A DNA stretch of 41,996 nt from a virus. Taxonomy: Duplodnaviria; Heunggongvirae; Uroviricota; Caudoviricetes. This document shows, piece after piece, positions 28,441-37,876 of this stretch. The notes under the pieces are model-generated. The model was given only the letters and a program-made list of their open reading frames with translations, made no database searches and was not told the DNA's origin. Location of the stretch: the IMG/VR virus record IMGVR_UViG_2681813224_000020; one strand, given 5' to 3'. A program made the position numbers and the translations under genes. The first letter of the stretch is position 1; each line of letters begins with the position of its first letter.

Positions 28441-29064
28441 ATGTCTCTCGCAGCCCGTTTTAAAGCACGTCGTTTGGAATTAGGAATGACTCAAGTGGAA
28501 GTAGCGAATTCTGCAGGGGTTAGCCAACAATCCATAGAATCCATCGAAAGCGGACGAACCAGAAAGCCACGCAATCTTCTGGATCTGGCTAAGGCCTTGA
28601 AATGTAGCCCAGACTGGCTACTGAACGGTAAAAATATTATGCCTCTCGCGGAGATAAGTACCAGACGCATACCTATATTAAGTTACGTTCAGGCAGGAGA
28701 GCTTACAGAAGCAAGAGACATAACAGATCTGACAGGGGAATTTGAATATATTTTGGCAGACTCTGACATTCCAGAAACATGCTTCGCATTACGTATCGAT
28801 GGCGACAGCATGCAACCAGAGTTTAAAGAAGGAGACATTGTTATCATCGATCCTGATCTATGTCCTGCACCAGGGGAGTTTGTTGTCGCCAAAAACGACG
28901 GTCACGAAGCTACATTTAAAAAATACCGTCCATTAGGAATCGGCATCGACGACTTTGAATTAATCCCCCTAAATCCTGATTACCCTATTTTTCGTAGTGC
29001 AGATATGAACTTACAGATCATAGGTGTAATGATCGAACACCGTATTTACCGCCGTAAACGTTAG
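28441..29064 (+). CDS. CI-like repressor (N-terminal XRE HTH, C-terminal S24 LexA-type autopeptidase)
   Basis: Start MSLAARFKARRLELGMTQVEVANSAGVSQQSIESIESG preceded by AAGGA; C-terminal FALRIDGDSMQPEF...VVAKNDGHEATFKKY carries the Ser/Lys dyad context. The ORF track start 28390 adds 17 codons. Confidence 0.8.
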   Translation: MSLAARFKARRLELGMTQVEVANSAGVSQQSIESIESGRTRKPRNLLDLAKALKCSPDWLLNGKNIMPLAEISTRRIPILSYVQAGELTEARDITDLTGEFEYILADSDIPETCFALRIDGDSMQPEFKEGDIVIIDPDLCPAPGEFVVAKNDGHEATFKKYRPLGIGIDDFELIPLNPDYPIFRSADMNLQIIGVMIEHRIYRRKR

Positions 29065-29175
29065 TATTCCCACCGTAAATATCGGGAGGCGTAACAGCCT
29101 CCCTTACCCCATTTGTAAAGTCTTACAAATTAAATTCACTTAAATATCAATAAAGTAGTATTCACACCTCACAAA

Positions 29176-29218
29176 ATACCACATTTGTGGTTTACACAAT
29201 ACAACTCAAATTGTATCT
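29176..29218 (+). promoter_or_regulatory. OL-like operator pair with a candidate rightward early promoter (pL-like)
   Basis: Perfect 18-bp dyad ATACAACTCAAATTGTAT (29199..29216) and ATACCACATTTGTGGTTT (29176..29193), same consensus as the CI/Cro intergenic dyads; TTTACA (29191..29196) - N17 - TATCTT overlapping them. Confidence 0.4.
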
Positions 29219-29386
29219 TTAGCCACAAGTCGAACGGCGCGACTCTAAACCATGCGTCGGGACCGTGGCGGGACAGGATGTCGGCAATACGGGTCAGTAA
29301 GTTCCCTTTGGGGTGCGGCGAAGCACTGTCTACTGATACAAGTCGAAGCCGCCGAACCACCAAAGTGAACTGAATGAGGAAACGGC

Positions 29387-29581
29387 GTGAAAACGTATAA
29401 ACCGCTCAAAGGTGAATGCCCTGCTTGCCAAACACAGCTTCTGACACCAAAGCCAAAACGATACCAAATCAACGAATGTTATGAGCACTGCCCTGGATGT
29501 GGTGCTTTCCTGCATACCATTGCAACGCACTGGCGTGTCCGCTTCAACCTTGTGGTACCACGTACGCACAATACCAACTGA
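29387..29581 (+). CDS. Small zinc-ribbon protein (Cys4), first gene of the rightward early operon
   Basis: 64 aa; CPACQ-N19-CPGCG; GTG start with RBS GAGGAAA; followed by a terminator. Confidence 0.45.
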   Translation: MKTYKPLKGECPACQTQLLTPKPKRYQINECYEHCPGCGAFLHTIATHWRVRFNLVVPRTHNTN

Positions 29582-29610
29582 ATCATCCATGTAATTGCTG
29601 TGTGTAGTCT

Positions 29611-29638
29611 TTGCCCGCCTCACGTGACGGGCTTTTTT
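29611..29638 (+). terminator. Rho-independent terminator after the zinc-ribbon gene
   Basis: GCCCGCCTCACGTGACGGGC followed by TTTTTT. Confidence 0.55.
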
Positions 29639-29664
29639 ATGTCTGAAAGCGCACTCGCAACAGC

Positions 29665-29847
29665 GTGCTCCCCGATATGAAAAAAGGAATACAACCGATG
29701 AAACCTGAACACATCCATCGACTGACGGGGCGCGATGTTCTCCGTTATCGCCGTAAAAACTTCGATTTGATGACCGGTCTGGCCGTTGCCACTGCGCTCG
29801 GTCTGATCATCACTTTCATTCTCCTTGTAGCGAGGACCACAGTATGA
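29665..29847 (+). CDS. Small tail-anchored membrane protein (hypothetical)
   Basis: 60-aa ORF with a C-terminal hydrophobic segment GLAVATALGLIITFILLVA; stop overlaps the start of the next gene. Confidence 0.35.
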   Translation: MLPDMKKGIQPMKPEHIHRLTGRDVLRYRRKNFDLMTGLAVATALGLIITFILLVARTTV

Positions 29848-30746
29848 GTTTAGAAACCAGTCTAGAACTTAATAATCAACTTCTGGCACAACATAATGCG
29901 CTGCTTGAACGTCTTATCCGCACAATGGCATCAGGCATTGTTATGCATCCTGACACGATTTCACGAGTGCAGGAATGTCGGGATACAGCAACTGAAGCTG
30001 AAAACATGTCAGCGGCAATGACACTGGATGATCTGGAGTTCAGCGACGTTATCGCACTGGCTGGTTTCTACCCGGTAGCCACCCCTATCACAGAAGACAT
30101 GCTGCAACGTGCTGTTGCCTACCGTGATGCTGAAGGCGATAAACGAGTAGTTCAGATTGATGCTCTCGACAGCGCATTACAGGGCGTCAAACGAGCCAGG
30201 GCGCTGCTTAAACCTGCTCTCCTGGACCTGTCCCGTAACATTCTTAAGTTCTGGGACGACCTGCCAACCATCGGCGAGCGACGTGCTTTTGCCGAGCAGC
30301 TACTTGATGCACCTGCAGATGGGCGTGATGAAGTTAAGCCGAAAAAGGCCAGTAACAAAGATGGAGAACGCACGGGGCCGTTTTACGTCAAAAATGTATC
30401 CGGCACAGCAGCCAGTGAACTCCACACCTTACGCAAGTTGAACGAGATGCTTAAAAAAGGCCATATCGAGATCAACCGTGTTGAGTACCTTCAGCTGCAG
30501 GAAGAATTTGCACGCAGAGACGCAGCAAATTCCAGCCAGAATAATGACGCCAAAGATGACCATACAATTGATTTCGCGGCACTACGCAAACAAGCTGAAG
30601 GGTTGATCCTCCAGTTAGCAAAAGGGGGTTACCGGGCAGAAGCTATTGCAATTCTGGAAAAACAGGGAGCCAGGAAACTTGGTGAAGTAACGGATGAAAA
30701 TCTCGCTGAAGTAATCACCCTGGCTGAAAAAGCACTGGAGGGTTAA
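29844..30746 (+). CDS. Hypothetical early protein
   Basis: 300-aa ORF, co-directional and tightly coupled to the DUF2800-like gene; no motif recognised. Confidence 0.5.
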   Translation: MSLETSLELNNQLLAQHNALLERLIRTMASGIVMHPDTISRVQECRDTATEAENMSAAMTLDDLEFSDVIALAGFYPVATPITEDMLQRAVAYRDAEGDKRVVQIDALDSALQGVKRARALLKPALLDLSRNILKFWDDLPTIGERRAFAEQLLDAPADGRDEVKPKKASNKDGERTGPFYVKNVSGTAASELHTLRKLNEMLKKGHIEINRVEYLQLQEEFARRDAANSSQNNDAKDDHTIDFAALRKQAEGLILQLAKGGYRAEAIAILEKQGARKLGEVTDENLAEVITLAEKALEG

Positions 30747-30748
30747 TC

Positions 30749-32050
30749 ATGCCAGACGTTCATGCACAACTTTCTCCATCATCAGCGCATCGATGGATGC
30801 GCTGCCCAGGAAGTCTGGCGCTGGAGGCCACACAACCGGATAAAGAAACAACTTTTGCAATCGAGGGCACTGCAGCGCACGCGCTTGCTGAAAAAGTTCT
30901 ACGAAACAGGCAAAGCCACCCGGAACACTACGCCGGATGCAATGTTTCTATGTTTCTCGGCTCATACCCCCTTCGCGAAAATCCTGATGATACATCTGGC
31001 CCACAGGTGGATGATGAAATGGTCGAAGCCGTCGGCCGGTATGTTGATACGGTCTGGACTCTTGCAAAGAATAATGAACTATTGGTTGAACAACGTGTTG
31101 ATTTCTCACATATAACGGGTGTGGAAGAATCTTTCGGAACTGCCGACGGCATAATCATCGCTGGTAACGAATTACAAATCCACGACCTGAAATATGGCAA
31201 AGGCGTCCGCATTGATGCAGAACAAAATGAGCAACTACAACTGTATGCTCTGGGTGCGCTTGAACAATTCAGCATGCTGTATGACTTTGAAACTGTAAGA
31301 TTATTTATTCACCAACCAAGGCTCAACCACGTTTCAGAATGGTCGTTAACCGTACAGGAACTTCAGTCTTTCGGTAAACGGGCGCTGGAGGCCGCAACCA
31401 GTGCGATCCTTGTTCTCAATATTGCTGAATGCGAAGGCATTGAGACACTACCACTGGAAAACTTCATACCTGGAGAAAAACAGTGCCGCTTCTGTAAAGC
31501 AAAAGCTATTTGCACTGCCCAGAAAATGCAGCATTTACAAACAGCGGCCAGCGATTTTGAAGATCTGACAAAGCCTGTCAGCGAAATAATCACCAATGCC
31601 AGCGCACGTGTACCTCTGTTAACCATTGAGCAGCTTGCAGAGATCTATAGCCAGGCCGACTTTATTGAATCCTGGCTAAAGGCAGTACGGGACCGGGTTC
31701 ACAATGAACTCAATGCCGGACATCCGGTACCGGGGTTTAAACTGGTAACAGGAAAACAAGGTAACCGGGCCTGGAGTGACGAAGAGGCAGCTCGCGCACT
31801 TCTGAAGGACCAGTTCAGGTACAAAACTGAAGAAGTATTCGACTTTAAACTTATTAGTCCCACAAAAGCCGAAAAACTTATCAAAAAGGCCAGTCCGCGC
31901 CGTTGGTCAAAAGTCGAGGCACTGATAACACGAGCTGATGGTAAACCCACCATCGTTCCCGAGTCAGACCCACGCCCCGCACTCAATATCAACCCTGTAA
32001 ATGATTTCGACGACGTATCCGACGATACGCTAACCGCAGACCTCATCTGA
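30749..32050 (+). CDS. PD-(D/E)xK-type nuclease (DUF2800-like; Cas4/RecB-like with C-terminal Cys cluster)
   Basis: 433 aa; N-terminal [22 protein letters not shown] motif and C-terminal [13 protein letters not shown] Cys cluster; sits in the nuclease - DUF2815 - PolA - VRR-NUC - SNF2 gene order I recognise from phage replication modules. Confidence 0.65.
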   Translation: MPDVHAQLSPSSAHRWMRCPGSLALEATQPDKETTFAIEGTAAHALAEKVLRNRQSHPEHYAGCNVSMFLGSYPLRENPDDTSGPQVDDEMVEAVGRYVDTVWTLAKNNELLVEQRVDFSHITGVEESFGTADGIIIAGNELQIHDLKYGKGVRIDAEQNEQLQLYALGALEQFSMLYDFETVRLFIHQPRLNHVSEWSLTVQELQSFGKRALEAATSAILVLNIAECEGIETLPLENFIPGEKQCRFCKAKAICTAQKMQHLQTAASDFEDLTKPVSEIITNASARVPLLTIEQLAEIYSQADFIESWLKAVRDRVHNELNAGHPVPGFKLVTGKQGNRAWSDEEAARALLKDQFRYKTEEVFDFKLISPTKAEKLIKKASPRRWSKVEALITRADGKPTIVPESDPRPALNINPVNDFDDVSDDTLTADLI

Positions 32051-32065
32051 TTTAAGGAAATCCCC

Positions 32066-32614
32066 ATGAAACTGAAGCTGAACAATGTTCGTCTGGCCTT
32101 CCCGTCTCTGTTTGAAGCTAAAACTGTAAACGGCGAAGGCGATCCGCGTTTCTCCGCAGTATTTTTAATGTCTCCCAAACACCCACAACTGGAAGAAATC
32201 CGTAAAGCTATGAAGCAGGTAGCGAAGGAAAAATGGGGGGAGAAGTGGGAGTCCATTTATAACCAGCTGGAGAAAAAACTCAATCTGTGCCTGCATGATG
32301 GTGATGAAAAAGCAGAGTATGAAGGCTTTCCCGGCAATTTCTTCCTGAACGCTGCTAACAAAGCGCGCCCAGCTGTTCTTGATCGCGATCGTTCGCCACT
32401 AATTCAGGCTGATGGACGTCCCTATGCAGGGTGCTATGTAAACGCCGTTATCGATATCTGGGCACAGGACAATAATTTCGGTAAACGCATTAATGCCTCA
32501 CTCGGCGGAGTCCAGTTCCTGCGAGACGGCGATGCATTCGCTGGCGGCGGAGTGGCAAGCGCTGACGATTTCGACGATATCAGCGAAGGTGCTGATGCTG
32601 AAGCACTGATTTAA
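32066..32614 (+). CDS. DUF2815-like protein (possible single-stranded-DNA-binding protein of the replication module)
   Basis: 182-aa ORF between the DUF2800-like nuclease and the polymerase region; acidic C-terminal tail DDFDDISEGADAEALI, typical of SSB-like proteins. Confidence 0.55.
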   Translation: MKLKLNNVRLAFPSLFEAKTVNGEGDPRFSAVFLMSPKHPQLEEIRKAMKQVAKEKWGEKWESIYNQLEKKLNLCLHDGDEKAEYEGFPGNFFLNAANKARPAVLDRDRSPLIQADGRPYAGCYVNAVIDIWAQDNNFGKRINASLGGVQFLRDGDAFAGGGVASADDFDDISEGADAEALI

Positions 32615-32704
32615 CCCTTCTTCATAGACGCCCGGTTACACGCCGGGCGAGATCCAAAAAGCTATTGGAATTTTTACGGCTATTTGTTTTTATAGAGGTA
32701 TTAC

Positions 32705-34207
32705 GTGTCAACTTTGAGAATCGGTATGGAAATCCAAGAGTTTGTAAGTCACTATAAAAACCACCCTGTTCTATTCATTGGAACAGGATTTAGCCTACGG
32801 TATCTAGAAAACTCATTTAGCTGGGATGGTCTTCTTTTGAGTGTCGCAATGGAACTAACCGGTAATGCTGAGTTTTACTACGATTTGAAAGCTGAAAGCC
32901 TAGAAGGTGACGACTATCGATATGATATCTTAGCTACAAAACTTGAAGATATTTTTAATAAAAAGCTGGCAGAAGACCGTAACGGTAAGTTCAAAGACAT
33001 CAATGATGTTTTCTATGAGCACATGAAAAAAGGAAAAAAACTAAGTCGATTCAAAATTTATTTAACTTCAATACTTAAAGACCTAAAGATAAAAGAGTCA
33101 ATGATGGAGGAAATAAACAGCTTAATAAAAACAAGAAAAAACATAGGCTCCATCATTACAACAAACTACGACCAACTCGTAGAGAATATCTTCGAATTTA
33201 ACCCACTGATTGGTAACAACATTCTTTTAAGTAACCCATACGGTTCAGTTTACAAAATACATGGCTGTGTTAGTGATCCTAACAACATAATTATCACAGG
33301 TGAAGACTACGCAAACTTCGACAATAAATATGAGTTAATTCGCGCTCAATTACTCTCAATATTCATACACAACCCTATCATATTTATAGGGTATAGTATT
33401 AGCGATAAAAACATTAAGTACTTATTAAAAACCATATTCTCATACGTTGACTTAAATACCGAACTTGCAAAAAGGATAAAAGATAATTTCCTTTTGGTTG
33501 AATACGAAAAAGACAGCATGTCAACTGAAATTACGGAGCATGACATAGATATAGAAGGCATGTCTATCATAAGAATAAACAAAATAAAAACAAACAATTA
33601 CAAAGCTGTATATGATGCCATCTCTGGACTAGTTTTGCCAGTATCCGCAATGGACATAAGAAAGGTTCAAAAAGTTTGGAGTACCATCAAAAGTGGTGGT
33701 GAGATAAAGGTTAAAATTACAGAAAATTTAGATGAACTTCGCAATGATGAAATGGTCATTGCTGTTGGTTCAGAAAGAACCGTACAATATGTTTATCAAA
33801 CAAAATCTGAAATGATACAGAACTATTTTAAAATAGTTGACGAAGCAAACTCTCAGCTTATCGCATTACTGAATAAGCAAACCATAGCTAATAGCGAACA
33901 CTTTCCAATATACGCTTTTAGTTCTATCTGCCCTGAACTAGAAAATACCGAGACATACAGAAAACGGCAGCTAGATAAAATCATTGGTAACCTTTCTCGA
34001 ATTAAAACATGTAAGAGTGAGGCTGTGTCTATTGATGAAATACTAAAAGAAACGAAAGAGTATAAAGTTGCTAACACGATTATGTATTGCGTACTAAACG
34101 ATACTATTTCATTGAAACAACTACGAGATTATTTAACAAAACCAGGGCATAAAATTGATACCCAATACAGGCGACTTTTATGCTTGTATGATTATTTATC
34201 ATATTAA
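32705..34207 (+). CDS. SIR2-like (SIR2_2 / DUF4020-type) protein with a C-terminal domain of unknown function; candidate NADase-type anti-phage defence gene, AT-rich insertion
   Basis: 500 aa; motifs in order PVLFIGTGFS, SWDGLL, IITTNYDQLVE, YKIHGCVSDPNNIIITGEDY, NPIIFIGYSISDKN match the hallmark pattern of the defence-associated SIR2 family; codon usage is strongly AT-rich against its flanks; GTG start with RBS AGAGG; own terminator. Confidence 0.7.
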   Translation: MSTLRIGMEIQEFVSHYKNHPVLFIGTGFSLRYLENSFSWDGLLLSVAMELTGNAEFYYDLKAESLEGDDYRYDILATKLEDIFNKKLAEDRNGKFKDINDVFYEHMKKGKKLSRFKIYLTSILKDLKIKESMMEEINSLIKTRKNIGSIITTNYDQLVENIFEFNPLIGNNILLSNPYGSVYKIHGCVSDPNNIIITGEDYANFDNKYELIRAQLLSIFIHNPIIFIGYSISDKNIKYLLKTIFSYVDLNTELAKRIKDNFLLVEYEKDSMSTEITEHDIDIEGMSIIRINKIKTNNYKAVYDAISGLVLPVSAMDIRKVQKVWSTIKSGGEIKVKITENLDELRNDEMVIAVGSERTVQYVYQTKSEMIQNYFKIVDEANSQLIALLNKQTIANSEHFPIYAFSSICPELENTETYRKRQLDKIIGNLSRIKTCKSEAVSIDEILKETKEYKVANTIMYCVLNDTISLKQLRDYLTKPGHKIDTQYRRLLCLYDYLSY

Positions 34208-34228
34208 GCATTCTTAACTTCGGTTATA

Positions 34229-34256
34229 AAAAGCCGCCATTTTGGCGGCTTTTTAT
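34229..34256 (+). terminator. Rho-independent terminator after the SIR2-like gene
   Basis: AGCCGCCATTTTGGCGGCT followed by TTTTATTTATT. Confidence 0.55.
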
Positions 34257-34283
34257 TTATTAAATCCAACGGGTCCTTACTTG

Positions 34284-36359
34284 ATGCAAAAACTTTGGTT
34301 AGACCTCGAAACTTTCAGCGAAATCCCAATAAAAAACGGCACCCATGTCTATGCAGAAGGAGTCGAAATCATGTTATTCGCATGGGCAATCGACGAAGAC
34401 CCCGTCAGCGTACACGATTTAACCACAGACTATAACTTGCCGACACGACTACTGACAGCTCTCAGCGATGAGAGCGTACTAATATATGCACACAACAGCC
34501 ATTTCGATCGCACCATGTTGCGCCATGCATTACTGCACACTCCCCAATGTGTTGTTGCAGGTAGTGCCAAACGCTGGCGAGACACAATGGTACAGGCGCT
34601 GGCGCATGGTCTCCCGGGGTCTCTGGGGGAACTCTGCGAAATACTCGGCGTCCCGCAAGACAAAGCGAAGGACAAAGAAGGTAAAGCGCTGATCCAGCTG
34701 TTCTGTAAGCCCCGCCCGAAAAACAGCAAACTGCGCCGTGCCACCAGCAAAACCCACCCGGAAGAATGGCGGCGCTTTGTTGCTTACGCCGGACTGGATA
34801 TCGAGGCAATGCGCGAAGTCTATAAACGTCTGCCGAAGTGGAATTATCAGGGGACAGAGCTGGCGCTCTGGCATCGTGATCAGCAGATCAACGACCGGGG
34901 CGTCTGCATGGACATGCAACTCGCGCGCGCTGCGATCGAAGCGGTAGACCAGGAGCAAAAGCGCCTGGCAAAGCGTACACAGGAAATGACTGATGGCGAA
35001 GTGCAGGCAGCCACACAACGGGACGCGTTGATTAAGCACATTGTTGAATCCTACAGTGTGGAGCTACCAGACATGCAACGCAGTACTCTGGAACGTCGTA
35101 TTGCCGACCCCGATTTACCATCTGCCGTGAAAGAACTGCTGGCTATCCGCCTGCAAGCCAGTACTACCAGCACCAGTAAATACAAGGCACTGATGAAAGG
35201 CGTAAGCCACGACGGGCGCTTACGCGGTACGCTACAGTTCTGCGGGGCGTCACGTACCGGTCGTTGGGCCGGACGGCTATTCCAGCCCCAGAACCTTCCC
35301 CGCCCTTCACTAAAACAGGAACAAATAGACGAAGGCATCGAAGCACTGAAAGCCGGATGTGCAGACCTGCTGTTTGACAATATCATGGAACTAACCAGTT
35401 CAGCGTTACGTGGCTGCATTATCGCGCCAACAGGCAAAAAACTGGTGGTAAGTGACTTGTCAAACATTGAAGGCCGTATGCTGGCATGGCTGGCGGGAGA
35501 AGAATGGAAACTGAATGCATTCAGAGAGTACGACGCCGGAACGGGTCCGGACTTATATAAACTGGCGTATGCAAAAGCTTTCGATATTGCACCAGATGAT
35601 GTTGATAAACACATGCGTCAGATCGGTAAAGTCATGGAACTCGGTCTGGGTTATGGAGGTGGTGTATCGGCTTTCATCACTTTTGCTCTGGTTTACGGTC
35701 TCGATCTCGACGAGCTGGCGAACGCCGCACTGCCAAACATTCCCCGCGATGTTATCCGCGAGGCGAAAAGCTGGTACGACGAATCGGTTAAACGTAAGTC
35801 GACCTTTGGCCTTTCCGAGCGTGTATTCATCGCATGTGACTCGCTCAAGCGCCTGTGGCGCAGGGCGCACCCGGCGACCTGCGATTTCTGGTACGAGCTG
35901 GAGCGCACTGTCCGCACAGCAATCGCCACACCGCAAAAAACATTGTATTGCGGTTATCTTAAAATCCGACGTGATGGCGCGTGGCTGCGCATACAGCTAC
36001 CATCCGGACGCGCTGTATGCTACCCGTCTCCGGTTATCGAAAAAGGGAATATCACCTATATGGGTGTTAACTCTTATTCGCGTAAATGGCAACGACTCAA
36101 AACCTACGGCGGAAAGCTGGTGGAGAACGTCACCCAGGCGGCCGCCCGCGACGTTCTGGCCGGAAACATGCCGCTTATCGAAGATGCCGGTTACAGCATT
36201 GTGTTGACGGTACACGACGAGGTGATCACCGAAGCACCTGACACAGAAGATTTCAACGATAAAGTGCTTTCCGCGCTTCTCTCCACTAACCCCGAATGGG
36301 CGCCCGATATCCCACTGAACGCTGGCGGTTTTGAGGCGTACCACTACCGTAAGGATTAG
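34284..36359 (+). CDS. Family-A DNA polymerase (3'-5' exonuclease plus polymerase domains)
   Basis: Exo I LDLETFSE; motif [19 protein letters not shown]; motif [17 protein letters not shown]; motif C TVHDEV. Start taken at [11 protein letters not shown] (ATG 34284); the ORF-track start 34242 lies inside the upstream terminator. Confidence 0.85.
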   Translation: MQKLWLDLETFSEIPIKNGTHVYAEGVEIMLFAWAIDEDPVSVHDLTTDYNLPTRLLTALSDESVLIYAHNSHFDRTMLRHALLHTPQCVVAGSAKRWRDTMVQALAHGLPGSLGELCEILGVPQDKAKDKEGKALIQLFCKPRPKNSKLRRATSKTHPEEWRRFVAYAGLDIEAMREVYKRLPKWNYQGTELALWHRDQQINDRGVCMDMQLARAAIEAVDQEQKRLAKRTQEMTDGEVQAATQRDALIKHIVESYSVELPDMQRSTLERRIADPDLPSAVKELLAIRLQASTTSTSKYKALMKGVSHDGRLRGTLQFCGASRTGRWAGRLFQPQNLPRPSLKQEQIDEGIEALKAGCADLLFDNIMELTSSALRGCIIAPTGKKLVVSDLSNIEGRMLAWLAGEEWKLNAFREYDAGTGPDLYKLAYAKAFDIAPDDVDKHMRQIGKVMELGLGYGGGVSAFITFALVYGLDLDELANAALPNIPRDVIREAKSWYDESVKRKSTFGLSERVFIACDSLKRLWRRAHPATCDFWYELERTVRTAIATPQKTLYCGYLKIRRDGAWLRIQLPSGRAVCYPSPVIEKGNITYMGVNSYSRKWQRLKTYGGKLVENVTQAAARDVLAGNMPLIEDAGYSIVLTVHDEVITEAPDTEDFNDKVLSALLSTNPEWAPDIPLNAGGFEAYHYRKD

Positions 36360-36412
36360 CTGCTCGCTGTCATTGCTGCTTTGCTAAATATTGCTTATTT
36401 TATAGGAAAATA

Positions 36413-37174
36413 ATGATGCAGGATCTCAATGAAATGGCTCTCAAATACCCACACCCTGTCGAAACTTTTCGTCAATTTTTAGTCGAATCCGGATTTGATG
36501 TTACCGGAGAAGAAAACAAAGCCGGTCATGATTGTTATCGTTTAAGTAATGGTGCCATCATAACGCTTTACCACACCGGAACGATTTTGATTCAAGGCTC
36601 ACAAGCGGCAAAACCAGAGGTTGAAGCCATTATTAATGAACACTTGGGTAACGCGCCAGCTCAACGAGTTCAGCCAGCCCCGGTTCAAGAGCCAGCCAAA
36701 AAGATTTTCATCGTTCACGGTCACGACCATGCAGCAAAAGAGCAGCTTGAGCTCATTCTTCATAAGCTTGGGTTACCTGATCATTTTATTTTGCAGAATA
36801 CAGGTGGTACTGGACTTACGATAATTGAAGAACTGGAGCGTGAAATTGGTCAAGGGCAGACAGCGACTCGTTTCGGCATTGTTCTTCTCACTCCCGATGA
36901 TGTGGGATACTCCAAAAGAGACGGTCAAGAAGCAGCCCTGCCCAGGGCTCGTCAAAATGTAGTTCTAGAAATGGGGATGTTGTTATCATCACTCGGCCGC
37001 AGTAACGTGGTCATCTTGCAGAAGCAACACCTTGAACAGCCTTCTGATGCTGCGGGTATTCTTTATCTCAACTTTAATGATCATGTTCGAGAAACTGTAC
37101 CTCGCTTAATCCAGCGCCTTAAACAGGCCGGTTTCACATTTAATGAAGCTCAAATAGCGAACGCTTCATCTTAA
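36413..37174 (+). CDS. Two-domain protein: small N-terminal domain plus C-terminal Rossmann-like nucleotide-binding domain resembling TIR-like / SLOG families; candidate accessory gene
   Basis: 253 aa; C-terminal domain motifs KKIFIVHGHDHAAKEQ, NTGGTGLTIIEELERE, FGIVLLTPDD; Pro/Gln-rich linker APAQRVQPAPVQEPA; RBS AGGAAA; own terminator. Family assignment is tentative. Confidence 0.4.
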   Translation: MMQDLNEMALKYPHPVETFRQFLVESGFDVTGEENKAGHDCYRLSNGAIITLYHTGTILIQGSQAAKPEVEAIINEHLGNAPAQRVQPAPVQEPAKKIFIVHGHDHAAKEQLELILHKLGLPDHFILQNTGGTGLTIIEELEREIGQGQTATRFGIVLLTPDDVGYSKRDGQEAALPRARQNVVLEMGMLLSSLGRSNVVILQKQHLEQPSDAAGILYLNFNDHVRETVPRLIQRLKQAGFTFNEAQIANASS

Positions 37175-37195
37175 TCAATCATTTTTCTAAAAAGT

Positions 37196-37228
37196 AAATA
37201 CCCCTGCAAATGCAGGGGTATTTATTTG
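37196..37228 (+). terminator. Rho-independent terminator after the TIR/SLOG-like gene
   Basis: ACCCCTGCAAATGCAGGGGT followed by ATTTATTTG. Confidence 0.55.
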
Positions 37229-37239
37229 AGGTAACCCCT

Positions 37240-37461
37240 ATGTCATTTAAATATCGGGACAGTCCGCTTTATTATCGGACTGCACAGGAGGCTTTGCGCC
37301 TTGAGCAGTCCGGCGAGTATGACCGGGCGGCGAAGGTCTGGGCCAAAGCAAACCGTGAATCACGTAACGAACTTAATCAGGACTGGAGAGAGCGCCGGGC
37401 TGATTCTTGCCTGATGCAGAACATGCGTGAAAAGCGTAAGGCGGTGGATGATGGCCTATGA
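37240..37461 (+). CDS. Small hypothetical protein
   Basis: Start MSFKYRDSPLYY (ATG 37240) preceded by GAGGTAA; overlaps the VRR-NUC start; the ORF-track start 37210 lies in the terminator stem. Confidence 0.35.
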   Translation: MSFKYRDSPLYYRTAQEALRLEQSGEYDRAAKVWAKANRESRNELNQDWRERRADSCLMQNMREKRKAVDDGL

Positions 37462-37732
37462 ACGTGAAAGCCTTATCGAAAAGCATCTCGTCGCTGAAGT
37501 GAAAAAAGCTGGCGGGGTTGCCTTTAAGTTCGTATCTCCCGGTCGCCGCTCGGTACCGGATCGCATTGTTCTGCTACCCGGCGGTCGCATCGTTTTCGTT
37601 GAATGTAAATCCCCCGGCAAACCACCACGACCTGACCAGTTGCGCACACATGAACGTCTGCGAAAGCTGGGCTTTACCGTGGTGGTACTGGATAGCAAAG
37701 AGCTGGGGGGAATTATTCCCCCCAATACTTAG
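37451..37732 (+). CDS. VRR-NUC domain nuclease
   Basis: PDRIVLLPGGRIVFVECKSPGKPPRPDQLRTHERLRKLG matches the VRR-NUC (PD-(D/E)xK) core; start at MAYERESL; typical partner of SNF2 helicases in phage modules. Confidence 0.7.
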   Translation: MAYERESLIEKHLVAEVKKAGGVAFKFVSPGRRSVPDRIVLLPGGRIVFVECKSPGKPPRPDQLRTHERLRKLGFTVVVLDSKELGGIIPPNT

Positions 37733-37876
37733 TTATGGTTTTTTGGGTGGTGGAGCTGGCTGGGAAGTTTGCTTCGAAGGTTGAAAACCATTATTAGCCA
37801 AGTCATTTTTAGGCTGATACCCTTTTTCAATAGGGGTATATCCATCTTCCTTATAACTTCTTTTGGTATCTGACAT
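37733..37876 (-). CDS. Small Pro/Lys-rich hypothetical protein (47 aa), translationally coupled to the upstream membrane-protein gene; absent from the ORF track
   Basis: Hand translation MSDTKRSYKEDGYTPIEKGYQPKNDLANNGFQPSKQTSQPAPPPKKP; its ATG shares one base with the TGA of the 206-aa gene (TGATG overlap). Confidence 0.3.
   Translation of the reverse strand: MSDTKRSYKEDGYTPIEKGYQPKNDLANNGFQPSKQTSQPAPPPKKP

Noticed and set aside
29065-29386. Small ORFs in the leader downstream of the repressor (for example 29185..29373 on plus, 29169..29363 on minus)
   Set aside because: No RBS, they overlap the predicted operator/promoter, and the translations are low-complexity; the region is treated as leader/regulatory.
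32705-37174. A canonical Thoeris operon (ThsA plus ThsB)
   Set aside because: The SIR2-like and TIR/SLOG-like genes are not adjacent (a polymerase gene lies between them), differ in base composition, and I cannot confirm a SLOG domain in the SIR2-like protein or a bona fide TIR fold in the second gene. Kept only as a hypothesis in the findings.
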